NCBI GenBank assembly: GCA_964187785.1
Contig: OZ076409.1
Coordinates: 64,978,001-65,042,000, forward strand
Origin: Amphiscolops sp. MND2022
Taxonomy: Eukaryota
DNA length: 64,000 nt
Reading direction: 5' to 3'
Part shown: positions 45,120 through 57,227 of the stretch, in pieces
Layout: the number at the start of each line of letters is the position of its first letter
Numbering within the stretch: the first letter of the stretch is position 1
Made by a program: the position numbers and the translations under genes
The notes under the pieces: model-generated
The model's database searches: none
The model's input: the letters and a program-made list of their open reading frames with translations, nothing else
Told to the model about the DNA's origin: nothing

Positions 45120-48100
45120 TGAAAGGTGGGACATCAAATTTCAAATACAGAAGTCAGCATTTGTCACCGAGTACCTAGCAGAAACTAGAAAAAAAAATTG
45201 AAGGGAGCCCTGTTATTGTGAAACTTGTACGCACTCAAACAACCAATGGGTTGAGGACGAACGAAAAATGAATGAACGGTTGTAAAGAGAAAATCTTTAT
45301 CAACGAGGACATCACTTTATTGAGGGCGCGATTAGCCAAAGCGTAAAGATTGTTAGCTGATAACAATTTTGTGGCCATGTTCTGAGAGAGAGTAGTCATT
45401 TATAAAATTGATGAATCTAAAGTCATTTTTGGGAATCTGCTTGAGTTATATAAATGGGATGCAGAGTTCATATGTCCTGTTTGCAAGACGAGATTACATT
45501 TTTGTTATGGGCCAACTCACGTATACACTAATACGTGAACATATTACTAATCGTTCTGTAGTGAATGGCACAGTGAGAATTGAAACGGCTGAAGTTTTGT
45601 TTATTGTAACGAACTTCTCATTGAAAAAGTTTGATACGGCAAAATTCCAGGGAATCAGTTGGATAGAAGAAGAGATACTTCTTATTATTAGCTAGTAGCT
45701 ATTAATAAGAAGTCTGTCTTCTTCTATCCAACTGATTCCCTGGAACCCTAGAAATCTGAAATTGTACGGAACCAGAGGATCCATAAAGTGGCTGGAATAG
45801 AAGGGCTAATTGCTGAAAGTTTGAAGGTTAGTCATGATGTGATTTGTGATAGACTGACCTACCGTGTCAACGAAACATTATCAGGTGGTGTTTTCCGAAG
45901 ACTTTGAAGACTGCGAGAGTGGTTCCAATCTTTTAAATCTGGGCAGTTTTTGAGCGGGTTGTATTTTTGAGAGACTGAATAAAATCATGCAAGTAAACAT
46001 GTTTCCTCTTGTCGTCAGTTCGAATTCAGACAAACAATGAGTACACTGCATGCACTAACGGACATAACGGAACTGATCCGGAACAAATCCCATCTTGATG
46101 TATCCTGAATGCTATTAGATCTAAGAAAAGCTTTTGATACAGTAAATCATGAAATATTAAAACTCAAATTTTAGAGCTATGGTGTGAGAGGTTTTTGTTG
46201 AGAATGGTTCAGGGCGTATCTCAATGATCGCACCCAATTGGTTGCTATTAACCATCAGTATTCAAATACCCTATCTGTTGAGTGTGGTGCACTTTTTGAG
46301 CTGTTGGGATGAAAGTGTGAAAATGGCAAATACTACCTCATCTCCAGTCAAATCTGTGAAATATCTGCGTGTTCACCTCGACAAACATCTGACCTTCTAA
46401 GCCCATGTTCAAAGTGTATTTGGTAAAATGGCTAATTATGTATCAGTGGTTATGCAATTGAGTCATTTTTGGAAAAGTTCAATAGTGGTCAGATATTAAA
46501 ACATTTACATGAAGCCTATCATCCAACCCGGTCTTTTAGTATACGGTTGCACGAGGAAAAGAAATTTTGAAGGACTTCTGCTGCAAAGGTAAGTAAATGA
46601 AATATCTTTTATTGAAACCGAAGTTATTCATCCGATGAGCTGCTCCATCGATTCCGTATAATGAATGGTTATGATCTTTATGTTTGTCAACTTTTGAAAC
46701 ATTCCGTTCATCCAACGAGATGCAAAAATGATAAATTGTAGAAAATCCTTTCACTCATAAGAGGCCATCGATTTTCACACGAAATGTTACCACGAAAACG
46801 TTTCATGTAACGCGACTAGGTTTGGAAAGGAAGGGTTTTTCATATCGAATTTTTGTGCGATCAAAAAGCGAGATCGAAATAAGAACAACAATTTTCAGAT
46901 CGAATTGTTTTGTTTTTGCTAAGTTTTTGCTCCTGTAAAACGTTTCAAAGCGTTTGAAACCTTTTTGGTACTTTTTCCTACCCAATGGGTCATATATGGT
47001 GAATGCGCGCTCGCCCTCAACGTCGCAAAGACCAGCTCGCACTACGGTTGCTTCGCGATCTCCGTTTCCGCTTGGTCTTTGCTCCTGTTCCACATCGCTT
47101 AGCAAGATGGTATGGAACAAGTTCGTAGAAAACCAGTTTGTACAGTCCAGTTTGTAGAAATGTGAGGTCCAGTTTGTACAATTGTTTTCTACAAACTGGA
47201 TCATGGTATTATTTTTACGACCAGTTTGTAGAAAAGTCGACCAGTTTGTTGAAAAACAGTTTGTTGAGTCGAGTTTGTAAATAATTACTTCACGAAGAAA
47301 AACAATAAGACAAATGTAGGAATGATGCAAAGAATAAAATGTAACTCGGATATGTCCCCATTTCCTCTAGTGCCCCGCGAACCCTTGGGATCGCTTAAGT
47401 TCCCATCTTGCTAAACGAGGACGAACAGGAGCAAAGACTTACCGAGAACGGAGATAGCGAAGCAATCGTAGTGGGAGCTAGTCTTTGCGTCGGTGAGGGC
47501 GAGCGTGAGTACTCCGGATATGCCCTACATTTCATTTTTCAGATCTTACTCCTTTAAATTCTAAGCGGTGAAGCTCTCAGGATCTTGTGTGAAGGATGTC
47601 CAGTTTGCAGGAAAAATTCAAAAAAAATCACAAAGTGCACCACCTAGGATCAGTTTGTAGAATTCTACAAACTGGTATTCTACAAACTAGACCTATATCA
47701 GCAAGATGGGAACAAAGACGGCTGCAAGGGGCCGCGGGACACTAGAGGAAATGAGAACTTTTCAGAGGGGCAATAACATTATTTGAAAACGCTAGGTATT
47801 TGAAAACATTGATTAGATCTCAATTGTCCCGACTTTTTTCACTTCGATCTCAGTGACATATTGCATATTTGCGCAAATTGATTCGATCCAAACATCCCCT
47901 GCCGTTCGGAAGTTCAGCGACATTCTCTGAAGTATCGTGGAACGCTACCTCTGAATCGCCTTCTGAGGAAAACATTTTGCCTCGTGATTACGAGATATTC
48001 AAAAGTCGAGAGCTTACCAAAAGTATCCGAAACGTCCAAAACCGAAAAAAGAGTGAGTGTCTAGCTGATATAGATTTGCGTGATGGCCTGTGTAAAGAGT

Positions 48101-48130
48101 ACTTCCACTTTGGAGGGTCCCCCTTGGTGT
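45120..48130 (+). pseudogene. Older decayed copy of the LINE family at 57228..60990, rearranged and interrupted by MITEs
   Basis: Fragments match that element: 'LKVSHDVI', 'LLDLRKAFDTVNHEIL', 'ILPRDYE...SECLADI', and the 3' UTR motif CTTTGGAGGGTCCC. Confidence 0.75.
47005..47760. mobile_element. Nested non-autonomous elements (A interrupted by B, B interrupted by inverted A)
   Basis: AGCAAGATGG is duplicated at 47101..47110 and 47700..47709 around a CCAGTTTGTAGAA-repeat element. 47350..47520 is a reverse-complement copy of the joined outer halves. Confidence 0.6.
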
Positions 48131-48850
48131 GAATGATTATCAATGCAAAAAAGACGGGAACGGCATATATCGGCGCTATATCTAAGGCCTAAAAAGAGCA
48201 AAAGGACATGAAAGTGCTAAAAAACTAAAAGCATAAAACTCACAAAAAGTTTTCACACCCCTTGGTGTGAATGATTATCAATGCAAAGAAGACGGGAACG
48301 GCATATATCGGCGCTATATCTAAGGCCTAAAAAGAGCAAAAGGACATGAAAGTGCCAAAAAACTAAAAGCATAAAACTCACAAAAAGAGTATCAAACTCA
48401 TGAAAAACCCAAAGGACCCAAAACTAAAGGAACTGGCACGCTAAAAAAGAGTCCCGTTTGCATTTTTTAACATCCATTGTTGCAAAACATCAAAAAATTG
48501 ATTGGAGAAAAACAATTGATGAAAAAGAGTCTTCCGGGAAAACGTCTCACAATGCCGAAAAAACTGAAAGGGGTGCCCTTTGGGGAAAAAATTGTTTTCG
48601 AAAAAAAAGTCTCACAATGCCGAAAAAAACTGAGAGGGGGACCCTTTAGTCTCTCCTGGTAAAGTATGTTACGCGGCAAAAGAGGCAAAACTTTTTTTGG
48701 TTCAGTTCGCTAGGCCACATGATTCAATTTGGGACCATAAATTTTGTAGAACGTCTAGGTACTTTGATGGTCAGTTCCTGAGGATTGAAAAAAAAGGAAA
48801 GAAAGCGTCACTATAATAGTCACTATAATTCCTTGAAGCGCTGATTAAAC
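48120..48850 (+). mobile_element. DINE-1/Helentron-like repeat with a 139 bp tandem duplication of its 5' junction
   Basis: CCCTTGGTGTGAATGATT...AAAACTCACAAAAAG occurs twice (~48120 and ~48258); same internal repeats as 33925..35420. Confidence 0.65.
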
Positions 48851-48895
48851 ATCGGTTACCTGTGTGTATAATTTGTTTGATAAGTCTAGACGGAT

Positions 48896-51800
48896 TGTTT
48901 GAGCATGTCAAAAATATAAAAATTTTTAACAACGAAATTTCCTGACAGAACCCCAAATGCTCTAAATTCATTGAAAAAGTCCCGAAACTAGCAAAAATAG
49001 AAAAATGCAATATATTGCCAAATGATTGATATTTTATCTGCACTTTTTTCTCAATTATGATATGTTTGATCTTGAATTAATAATATTTTTGAATTTCTGC
49101 CCAAATCATCTCTCCACTAATTGAAATCTGATTTGTTTCATAACATGTTCTAAAAATTTCGAGCTTTCCCTGTTTTTGCCGAATCTCCACAGTTAGTCAA
49201 CCAAAAGAGCTACTTTCTTCATAAATTTTTACCCACTGAAACATTCTTTTTTCTAAAGAATTCTTTTATCTGCTTTGAAAGCCAAGCCGGTCCGCCGAGA
49301 GGATAAAGATTCCAAGTTACACCAGGATCGGCGTGGACAAAGTAGACCGTCGACCCGGACAACATCAACAGAAGATCGTCAATCCAAAAGCTTAGTACCA
49401 CTTTACAGTTTGAATATGGAAACGTTGACAAAAACCGTGAAACGCAAAAAAGCGAATGTCTTGAAAATCAAATTGAACTGATGGTTCTTGTCATTGGAGC
49501 TAGTTCTCTGCGAAGGGTCGTTGACAACGCACCCACTACATTATGGAAAGTTATACAAGGCAAAGTATTTGCAGTTCTAGGTCTTAGTTTACACCTTACC
49601 GCCAAAAACTTTGAAGAACAACTACAACATTTTCTGCAAAACAAGTCTCCAAAATCGAAGTAACATCGTGATCTGGCACGACTTTCTGAACAACTCTCTT
49701 TATCCGCACGAAAGCAACGGAAATCATCGATCAACACCTGAAAAATTACTGGAAATCCTTGAACCGTTCCGGAACAAGTATCGGCGCTTGTGTACAATCA
49801 TCGCATGGGAACTCCTTTCATTCAAAAATCTTTGGTTACTGCAAAGTTTTTGTCAAGCAATTCTAGTCAATACTTTCTTTCCAATCGCAAGAAAAAGAAT
49901 CAGGAATATTCCCAGGAGCTTTTGCGAATTTATCCGAAAGTATTTATTGAGCTGCACCTACTTCAATTTATCTTACGACACGAAAGAAACTTGGGTCAAT
50001 TGCTCAGACGTAATTGATCGAAAATGAGAAAAAAGTGAGAAAGAAGCAGCAGAAGACAACTTAAAAATGAGTACTCTATATAATTCATGTTTTATTTTTC
50101 CCCCAAATATTTTAATTAGTTTCTTCGTGAGTGATCATTCACACGATTGTTGCTATTTAAAATCTGCTCAACTCTTCAAAACTGCAAAAAGGAAACGTTT
50201 CCTTTTTCTATATCAACCCTAAGTTTCTAAACGGACGGGTGGTTCTAAGCAAACTCTTGGAAAAGCATCCCGAGAAACCAATCCACGACAAAATGTACGG
50301 AACCTAGTAAGAATAAGAGCTGCGCATAAGGGTGCGTTTACAAAATTAGAGCCAAAAATTAATCTCACGTTAGGACGGCCTATCATAAGTTAGGATCAAC
50401 TCTCTCTTACCTTGCTCTCATACCTCAAAAAGTGAATCCCAAATAGTAAAATGCTACGAAGCTGAAATTGAATTGCTTATCGAAAATGAAAACGAACTAG
50501 CTACCGAAATTGAAACCAACTTGTTATTTGATGAAAAAGTTTGTGTCGCTATCGCTTGTTGCGAAGCACTGATAGCTAATTAAAAAAAGAGCATGGCACC
50601 AACGCCAAGTTCTTTAAACTCAGTTTCCACCAGCAAAATGAAATTAACTAAATTTCAAATACCCAGTTTCACTGGGTTGTATACTGATTGGATATCATTC
50701 ATTGATCTGTTCAAAGCATTAGTTGATGGCAACAATCAATTGAGCGACTCTGGAAAGTTGAACTTTTTAAAAGTCTGCTAGGTTGCCGATAACAGATGCA
50801 AACTATGGAAAAGCCATGAAATTACTTCATGAACGCTACGAAAACAAACGTTGCAAAGGCCAGGCCCATCTGAGAGCCATTTGGACGCAACTCCTTATGC
50901 GAGGTGAATCTGCAGTTGGTTTGGGGAAAATTAGAGAAACAACCAACGAACATTTGAGAATCTTAGCCGAAGTAGGCGAGTCCGTTGATTCGTGGAATTC
51001 CCTCTTGATCTTTTGCATCATCGAAAGGCTTGATTATGAGTCACGCAAGCAAAGGCAGTTGGGAAATCCTGGTAACTCATTTGCTGAAATGGAAAGACCA
51101 AGCAAAATTTCTGAACACACGAAGCCGTACCCTTGAATTGGGTGCTGTTAAAGAACCCACCCATAATCCGACTTCAGCGAAAACCCAGTCGAATCAAAAG
51201 CCCATTCAATCACACACTGTCGTCAGTGTATGTGGTGATACTTGTCAAGAAAGTCATAATATGTCATCTTGCCCATTGGTTTTCAAAATGTCTGCCATTA
51301 ATTGGCGAAGTATGCACGACAAAAACAAGTTTGTTTCAACTGTTTTCATCCAGGACATAATGCTGGTGCATTTACTTCAAAATTTACTTGCTGAGAATGT
51401 AAGGTAAGGCATCATTCATTATTACACCGTGAAAAACCATCCACAACATCAAGTAAAACATTCTCGTCAAAAAGGAGTGCTCAGCCTAATTTGGTCACAG
51501 CGTCCACAAGTGACGTGAAAACAAATTGCAACACGGCGCTAGGGAATCAACCTGGTGATGGCTTTTGTGCGAAAGCCACAAACACAAGCATTGTTCTTCT
51601 CTCAACGGCGTTGGTCAAATTTCGAGATCAACCAGGAAAAGACATTCAAATGCGGACACTTCTTGATTTTGGGTCACAGTCTAGTTTCAATACATTGTCG
51701 AACGCGACAGTATTGATGCTGAAAAAATGCGAACGTAAAGGCCAATCAGTCCACTAGGTGCTGCAAAGGCCCAAACACACTTTGGGTGTTCTTCCCAGAC

Positions 51801-54800
51801 GGTTGAATCAGACTATTGACACTAGTTATCACATCATTCCTAAATTTACGAAAACTTTGCTTTGCCAGTGAAACATATTGTTACTTTGAAATATGTGAAA
51901 ACCCTCCTTCTAGCAGACCCAAGTTTCAACATTCCGGGGAAAATTGAAATTTTTCTTGCTGCTGACATCTTCGAAGACATGTTTTGGGAAATCGAATCAG
52001 AGACAATGTAGTCGTAGTTCGGGAATCATTTTTTGGTTGAGTAGTATCTGGACCTGCCAAAGAAGTGAGCAATCCATTGGACTATACCATTAGTAGCATT
52101 GTTTCTGTAGTTTCTTCGTAGACCACGGATGATCTCCTATTCGAAGTTTTGGGAACTGGAGAAAGTACCAATCAAGAAACATTTGACGGCAGAAGAAGCA
52201 GCCTGTGACAAACACTTTGATGACACAACTACTCAGAAGATAGATGGCATGTTCGTAGTCCAACTTCCGTTTCGGTCAAATGGTATCAAACTAGGCCTTA
52301 GCAGAGCAAGCGCCTGGAAGCGTTCCCTTGGTCTCGAGCGCAAACTAAATGTCAATCCTGAACTCAAAAAGTAATACATTGCATTCATACAGGAATTCAT
52401 CGATCTTGGACACATGGAAGAGTTTCCTGAAAAGGAATAAGACAATCCTAATTGTTATTATCTCCTTCACCATTGTGTCTAAAAACCAGACAGCACAACA
52501 ACAAAATTGAGAGTCGCCTTTGACGCCCGCGCAAATACATCATGTGGTAATACTCGTAGAACATACAACTGACCTCTTTAATGTTCTCGTGCGCTTCAGA
52601 TTCTTTAAAATAGCTATGAGTGCGGACATTTCCAAAATGTATCGACAAGGTGAACTGAATCGACAAGATCGTGACTTCCATAGAATACTCTGGCGATGAA
52701 GATCAATGTAAACGGTCCAAATTCTTTGCATGACTACGGTAACGTACGGTACCAACGCAGCATCCTATCATTCCATTCCAGCATTAACAGAGTGCGCTTA
52801 TCAGCCAAATGTAACAAATGACGTTCAAGAGGCTATAAAGCGTGACTTTTAAGTCCACGACATCCTGACGGGACCTTGAACAGGCGAAAGAATTACAAAA
52901 ACGGTTTGATCAGCGCGTTGGAGCAGAACAAATTCGACTTGCGAAAGTGGACCTGCAGCAATGCGTTGATCACGCTTTCGATACCGCTCGAAAATCGCGA
53001 AGCTAACGACTCATTTGAGTTTCTTGACACAAACCATACGATCGAAACATTAGGCGAAATCTGGAATCTTTCTCAAAATAACTTCCGTTTCAAAGTTCAG
53101 CAGTTGGACTAACCGTTGGACAATGCCCAGATGACCAAACGGAAGATCCTAAATGATACCGCCAAAACTTTTGACCCTCTTGGCTGGCTCTCGCCGGCCG
53201 GTCACGCTGAAACTAAAGCATATAATGCAAAATATTTGGCAGACCAACGTCGGCTGGGATGACAAGCTTCACTCTGACATCTTGGAATCGTATATCGAAT
53301 GGCGATTCAAATTTTATGCGCTTCGTAAGATAAAATTACAGCGATTTGTGTTGAGAACAGAGTACGCAGATACCGTATTCTTGCATTCATTTTGTTTCTT
53401 TGATACTTTCGAGATAGGGTACGCTGCTTGTATCTTTATTGTAGCTCAAGATGAGCTAGGCGGGTGGAGTTGGACTCTACTTACCGCAAAGGCCACAATT
53501 GCACCTCTAAAAACGCAATCATTACCGAGGCTAGAACTTTCCGTAGCCATTCTGGGATGTCAACTAATTAATTCAGCCCTCGAAAGTCTCAACAAAAGGA
53601 GTGTGAAAGTCCAATCATAATATGCTTCGACCGATTCCACTATCGTTCTAAACTGGCTATTTTCTGAGCCAAGTGTTTGAGCAACTTTTGTAGCAAATCG
53701 AGTTGCTAAAATTCAAGAGAGCAAAAACTTAATCTGGAATCTGTGCAAACACAAGAAAATCCAGCATATCCAGCCTCCAGAAGGGTGGATTCTTCCAAGC
53801 TTGAGAATTTGCCAATCTTTGTTGCGTTGGTCCAGATTGGCTCAAAGCTCATGAAAGATTCATTCCATTCAAACCAGAAGGAACAAAAGAAGAAAAAAAA
53901 ATTTTACCCGAAGAATTACCGTGATGACGGTTCAATTACCAAAAGATACATCCAGAGATGTGATTGATCTTTCGGAGCACAATTCTGGTGACTCGTGTAA
54001 TTGCTTTCGTTTTGCGGTTTATCGAAAACTTACTTAAAAAAAAACAAAATAGGAAATCGAACTTCCTTACCGCTGCAGAACCTAAGATAACTACTGATGT
54101 TCTCATACGTCAAGAGCAGAGAAAGGGATTCTCAGAAGAAATTAAGTCCCTGAAACGGGGAATTTCAGTGTGAACAAAAAACAGAATCCCTAAACTGTAT
54201 CCATTTTCGCATAATGACATAGTGCATCTAGGCGGTCGATGTGCCAATGCTGAAATGCCTGATGAAGCCATGTACCCTCATATAGTTCCGCAAAAAAGTG
54301 AACTAGCAAGAATCGTAATTCATGACGCTCATCTTAAATCTTTGCATGGTGGAACTATCTGAACGATAGCCGAAATTTGTACCCGATTTTGGATACCAGC
54401 ATGTCGCAATCAAGTACAGAAAGTTATCTTTAATTGTATCACATGTTGTAAATTCAATTCAAGTTTTGAAAAACCGTTGAAACAAACAGTTCCCTCCAAG
54501 GCATTCCAACACGTTGGATTGGACTTTGGAGGTCCATTTTTGTAGAGGTGATAGCAAAGACGTCAAAAAAGCTTACTTAGCTCTGTTTGTGTGCTTTGCC
54601 AGCACGCCAGTGCATCTGGAGATCGTCTCTCATCTCACAACCCAGGAATGTATTGCCGCACTGCGGCGTTTTACCTCTAGGAGGGGTTGCCCTGCTATGA
54701 TTAACTCAAATAACGGCTCGAATTTTTAAGGCTCCATTGTAGAGCTCCTTAAACTCAAGAAACTTCCTAATGACACGACCGGAAACTCGCATCTAAGACG

Positions 54801-55660
54801 AATAATGGGCGAATTTGTTCACAGTTTTGAAGAGATCTCCACCCTTTTTTGTCAAGTGGAAAACGTGCTAAGTTCGAGACACGTAGGATTAGTCTCAGAC
54901 AACCCGAAAGGTGAGGTCACTTAGACTCTCGGGCATCTGATAAGTGGATCAAAAATGTGAATGTTACCCAATTGAGCAGTCATCCCAGATATCAGGTTTA
55001 AAACATTGCTCAGTAACTGTTCGAAGGACTCATATCCAAAAAGTTCTGTGTCGCATCTGGAATCGTTTGCGTTGGAAAAAAGAGTACGTATGTATCGCCT
55101 CTCCAGGAAAGAACTAAATGGACGAAAGAGAGCTTCAATTTTAAAGTGGGCGAAGTTGTATATGTCATGGACGACAACGCGGCTCCCTTACAATGGCCCT
55201 TAGCTCGAGTGTAATATGTGTATAGTGGGTCAGACAATTTTTTTCCTGTTGTGAAGTTCCGGACATCAACTGGCGAATACAATCGTCCTGTCAACAAATA
55301 CAAGAAAATACTCTCTCTGATGTCTCACCCGTCATTTAAAAAACACCTTGTTCTAGTTGAAAATATAATCACTTTGCTTTCTTGTGTTGATTCAATTGAA
55401 TCAAGTCGGGCGGTGAGTTTGAGCATGTCACAAATAGAAATTGTTTCAGCAACGTAAACTTCAGACAGAAACCCGAATGCTCTAAGTTCATCGGAAAAGT
55501 CTTGAATCTAGCGAAAATAGCAAAAATGCAATATATTGTCAAATGATTGATACTTTATCTGCAGTTATACCTTGATATGATGATTTGATCTTGAATTGAT
55601 TATATTTGGGAATTTCTGGTTAAATTATCTCTCGAACAATTAAATTTACATCTGATTTTC
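48896..55660 (+). mobile_element. Decayed BEL/Pao LTR retrotransposon
   Basis: Diverged ~250 bp LTRs (48896..49145 and ~55416..55660). Fragments: Gag 'IPSFTGLYTDWISFIDLF', protease 'LLDFGSQSSF', 'KFWELE', RT 'ADISKMYRQ', Pao RNase H 'APLKTQSLPRLEL', integrase 'LFVCFASTPVHLE...LRRFTSRRG...NGSNF'. Many stops. Confidence 0.92.
49481..50017 (+). pseudogene. Frameshifted SGNH/GDSL-hydrolase-like ORF upstream of BEL gag
   Basis: Three consecutive frames give 'VLVIGASSLRR', 'AVLGLSL' and 'IVIWHDFLNNS', resembling SGNH blocks I-III. Confidence 0.5.
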
Positions 55661-55715
55661 GACCTACACCGTTCTTTCGACCTACTTCCGCCCACCCGAA
55701 ATAAAGCAAGAACTT

Positions 55716-56069
55716 ATGTACTCAAATTACTCAGGGCTTAAAGTGAGAAACAGCATCATGAAAAGGCTTGCACCATATCCTAGGAAAGTTTCTGTCAAAA
55801 CGCTACGTGTTCTAATGAATGATTTTGAAGTACGCGAAGTATTATTCAGAAGTAAAAAGAGTAAAACTGATATTTGTCCCTATTGTAGAGTTGTCGATGA
55901 TACTGCACATTTCTTATTTTCCTGTGTCTCATATCAAGAACACCGAAGGAGTTTCATTAAGGAGTTGCAAAATCAAAACCTTGACGAAACGCTAGTTGGT
56001 TTGCTAAATTGCGAAAACAAGCAGCATGTTATAAACGCGTTGGCTGGCTTTCTTGCAAGCATCGATTAA
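55716..56069 (+). pseudogene. 3' fragment of a non-LTR retrotransposon ORF2 (C-terminal CCHC finger)
   Basis: 'CPYCRVVDDTAHFLFSC' zinc knuckle typical of LINE ORF2 C-termini; no upstream RT. Confidence 0.7.
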
Positions 56070-56369
56070 TTCTTATAACTCTGCAATCCTCACTTGCCTT
56101 CCTTCTGTGTCAATTCTATTTATACTATTTACTTTATTCTGGAATCAAAGATTGAAAGTCATTTGTACTGCCACATCCCGAAGGTTAATAGATCTCTTCT
56201 TCTTTCGTTCACGAAAGCGCTTGAAAAATGGTTGTTTGTTACCCGGCCCGTGTTCCAGTGTACTGCTCGGAACTTGTTATTCAAAAACGATCGAAGTCAA
56301 TTCGAGTCGCAGTGGTTGAACGTCGTTCCCTGTAAAAACGAACTATAGCTCTATTATCAGCAGCTGATT

Positions 56370-56765
56370 TCTAATGGTCTACGCTTTCGGTAAATGGGCG
56401 GCTATTCACAAATTCGAAAATAAGTTTGTGTTGCACAAGTCCAAAAATAAATTTGGGTTGCACAAGTCCGAAAATGAATTCGGGTTGCACAAGTCCGAAA
56501 AAATGATTCATATTTGTTGAATGGCTCGGTCGCTTCGCTCCCTTCGCCAAGCAGCAACATTGAGGCATAGCCATATGGCACGTCGCTCCGCTTCGCTTCG
56601 CTCCCGCATTTAGGGCACTAGGAGTATGTGAAAATAGCTGACTAGGGGAAATTAAAAAAATCATTTTAAAAATCTTTGAACGGGCTTCGTTCCGGTCCGC
56701 TCGCGGCAATCAATCAGATTGCAGAGAATTATACAGTGCTAAGTATTTCTTATGCTGGATTTCTG
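56370..56765. repeat. Unclassified interspersed repeat (second copy near 40790..40880) with 3 x ~28 bp tandem units
   Basis: CTTCGCTCCCTTCGCCAAG.AGCAACATTGAGGCAT.GCCATATG is shared between the two sites; GTTGCACAAGTCC is repeated at ~56430..56500. Confidence 0.6.
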
Positions 56766-57227
56766 AAATCTTATTGGACGTTAAAAAGTTGAATTTTTTC
56801 TTTCGGACTTGTGACCCGACACCGGTAAATGTCTTTGATAAATGTGTTTCGTAATGTCACGTGTAAAAAGGTCGAAAGAGACTGTTTACACCATCTTTCT
56901 TGCACCAAAAGTGCGGGTCGTTTCTCGTGTCACTGTAATCTTGATTCAGTTATAAAGCAGACGTTGCGATCTTTCGACTTGCCTTTAATGCTTGAGCCCC
57001 GTGCTGAACTGAACCGACGAGTTTATTTATACGATATTCCTGATGCACTACAGTGAAAGTTACATACTGGAGTTTGGAAGGAGCTATTGCGGAGTTATGA
57101 CCAATGTAATGAGTGGCTTGGATGAAGCGCTGGACGAAGACGATCTACATGTTAATTGTTGTGATAAACCTAATTGTTGTGATAAGCCTAATTGTCGTGA
57201 TAAATTTATTAAATAGTTTCAGACGCG

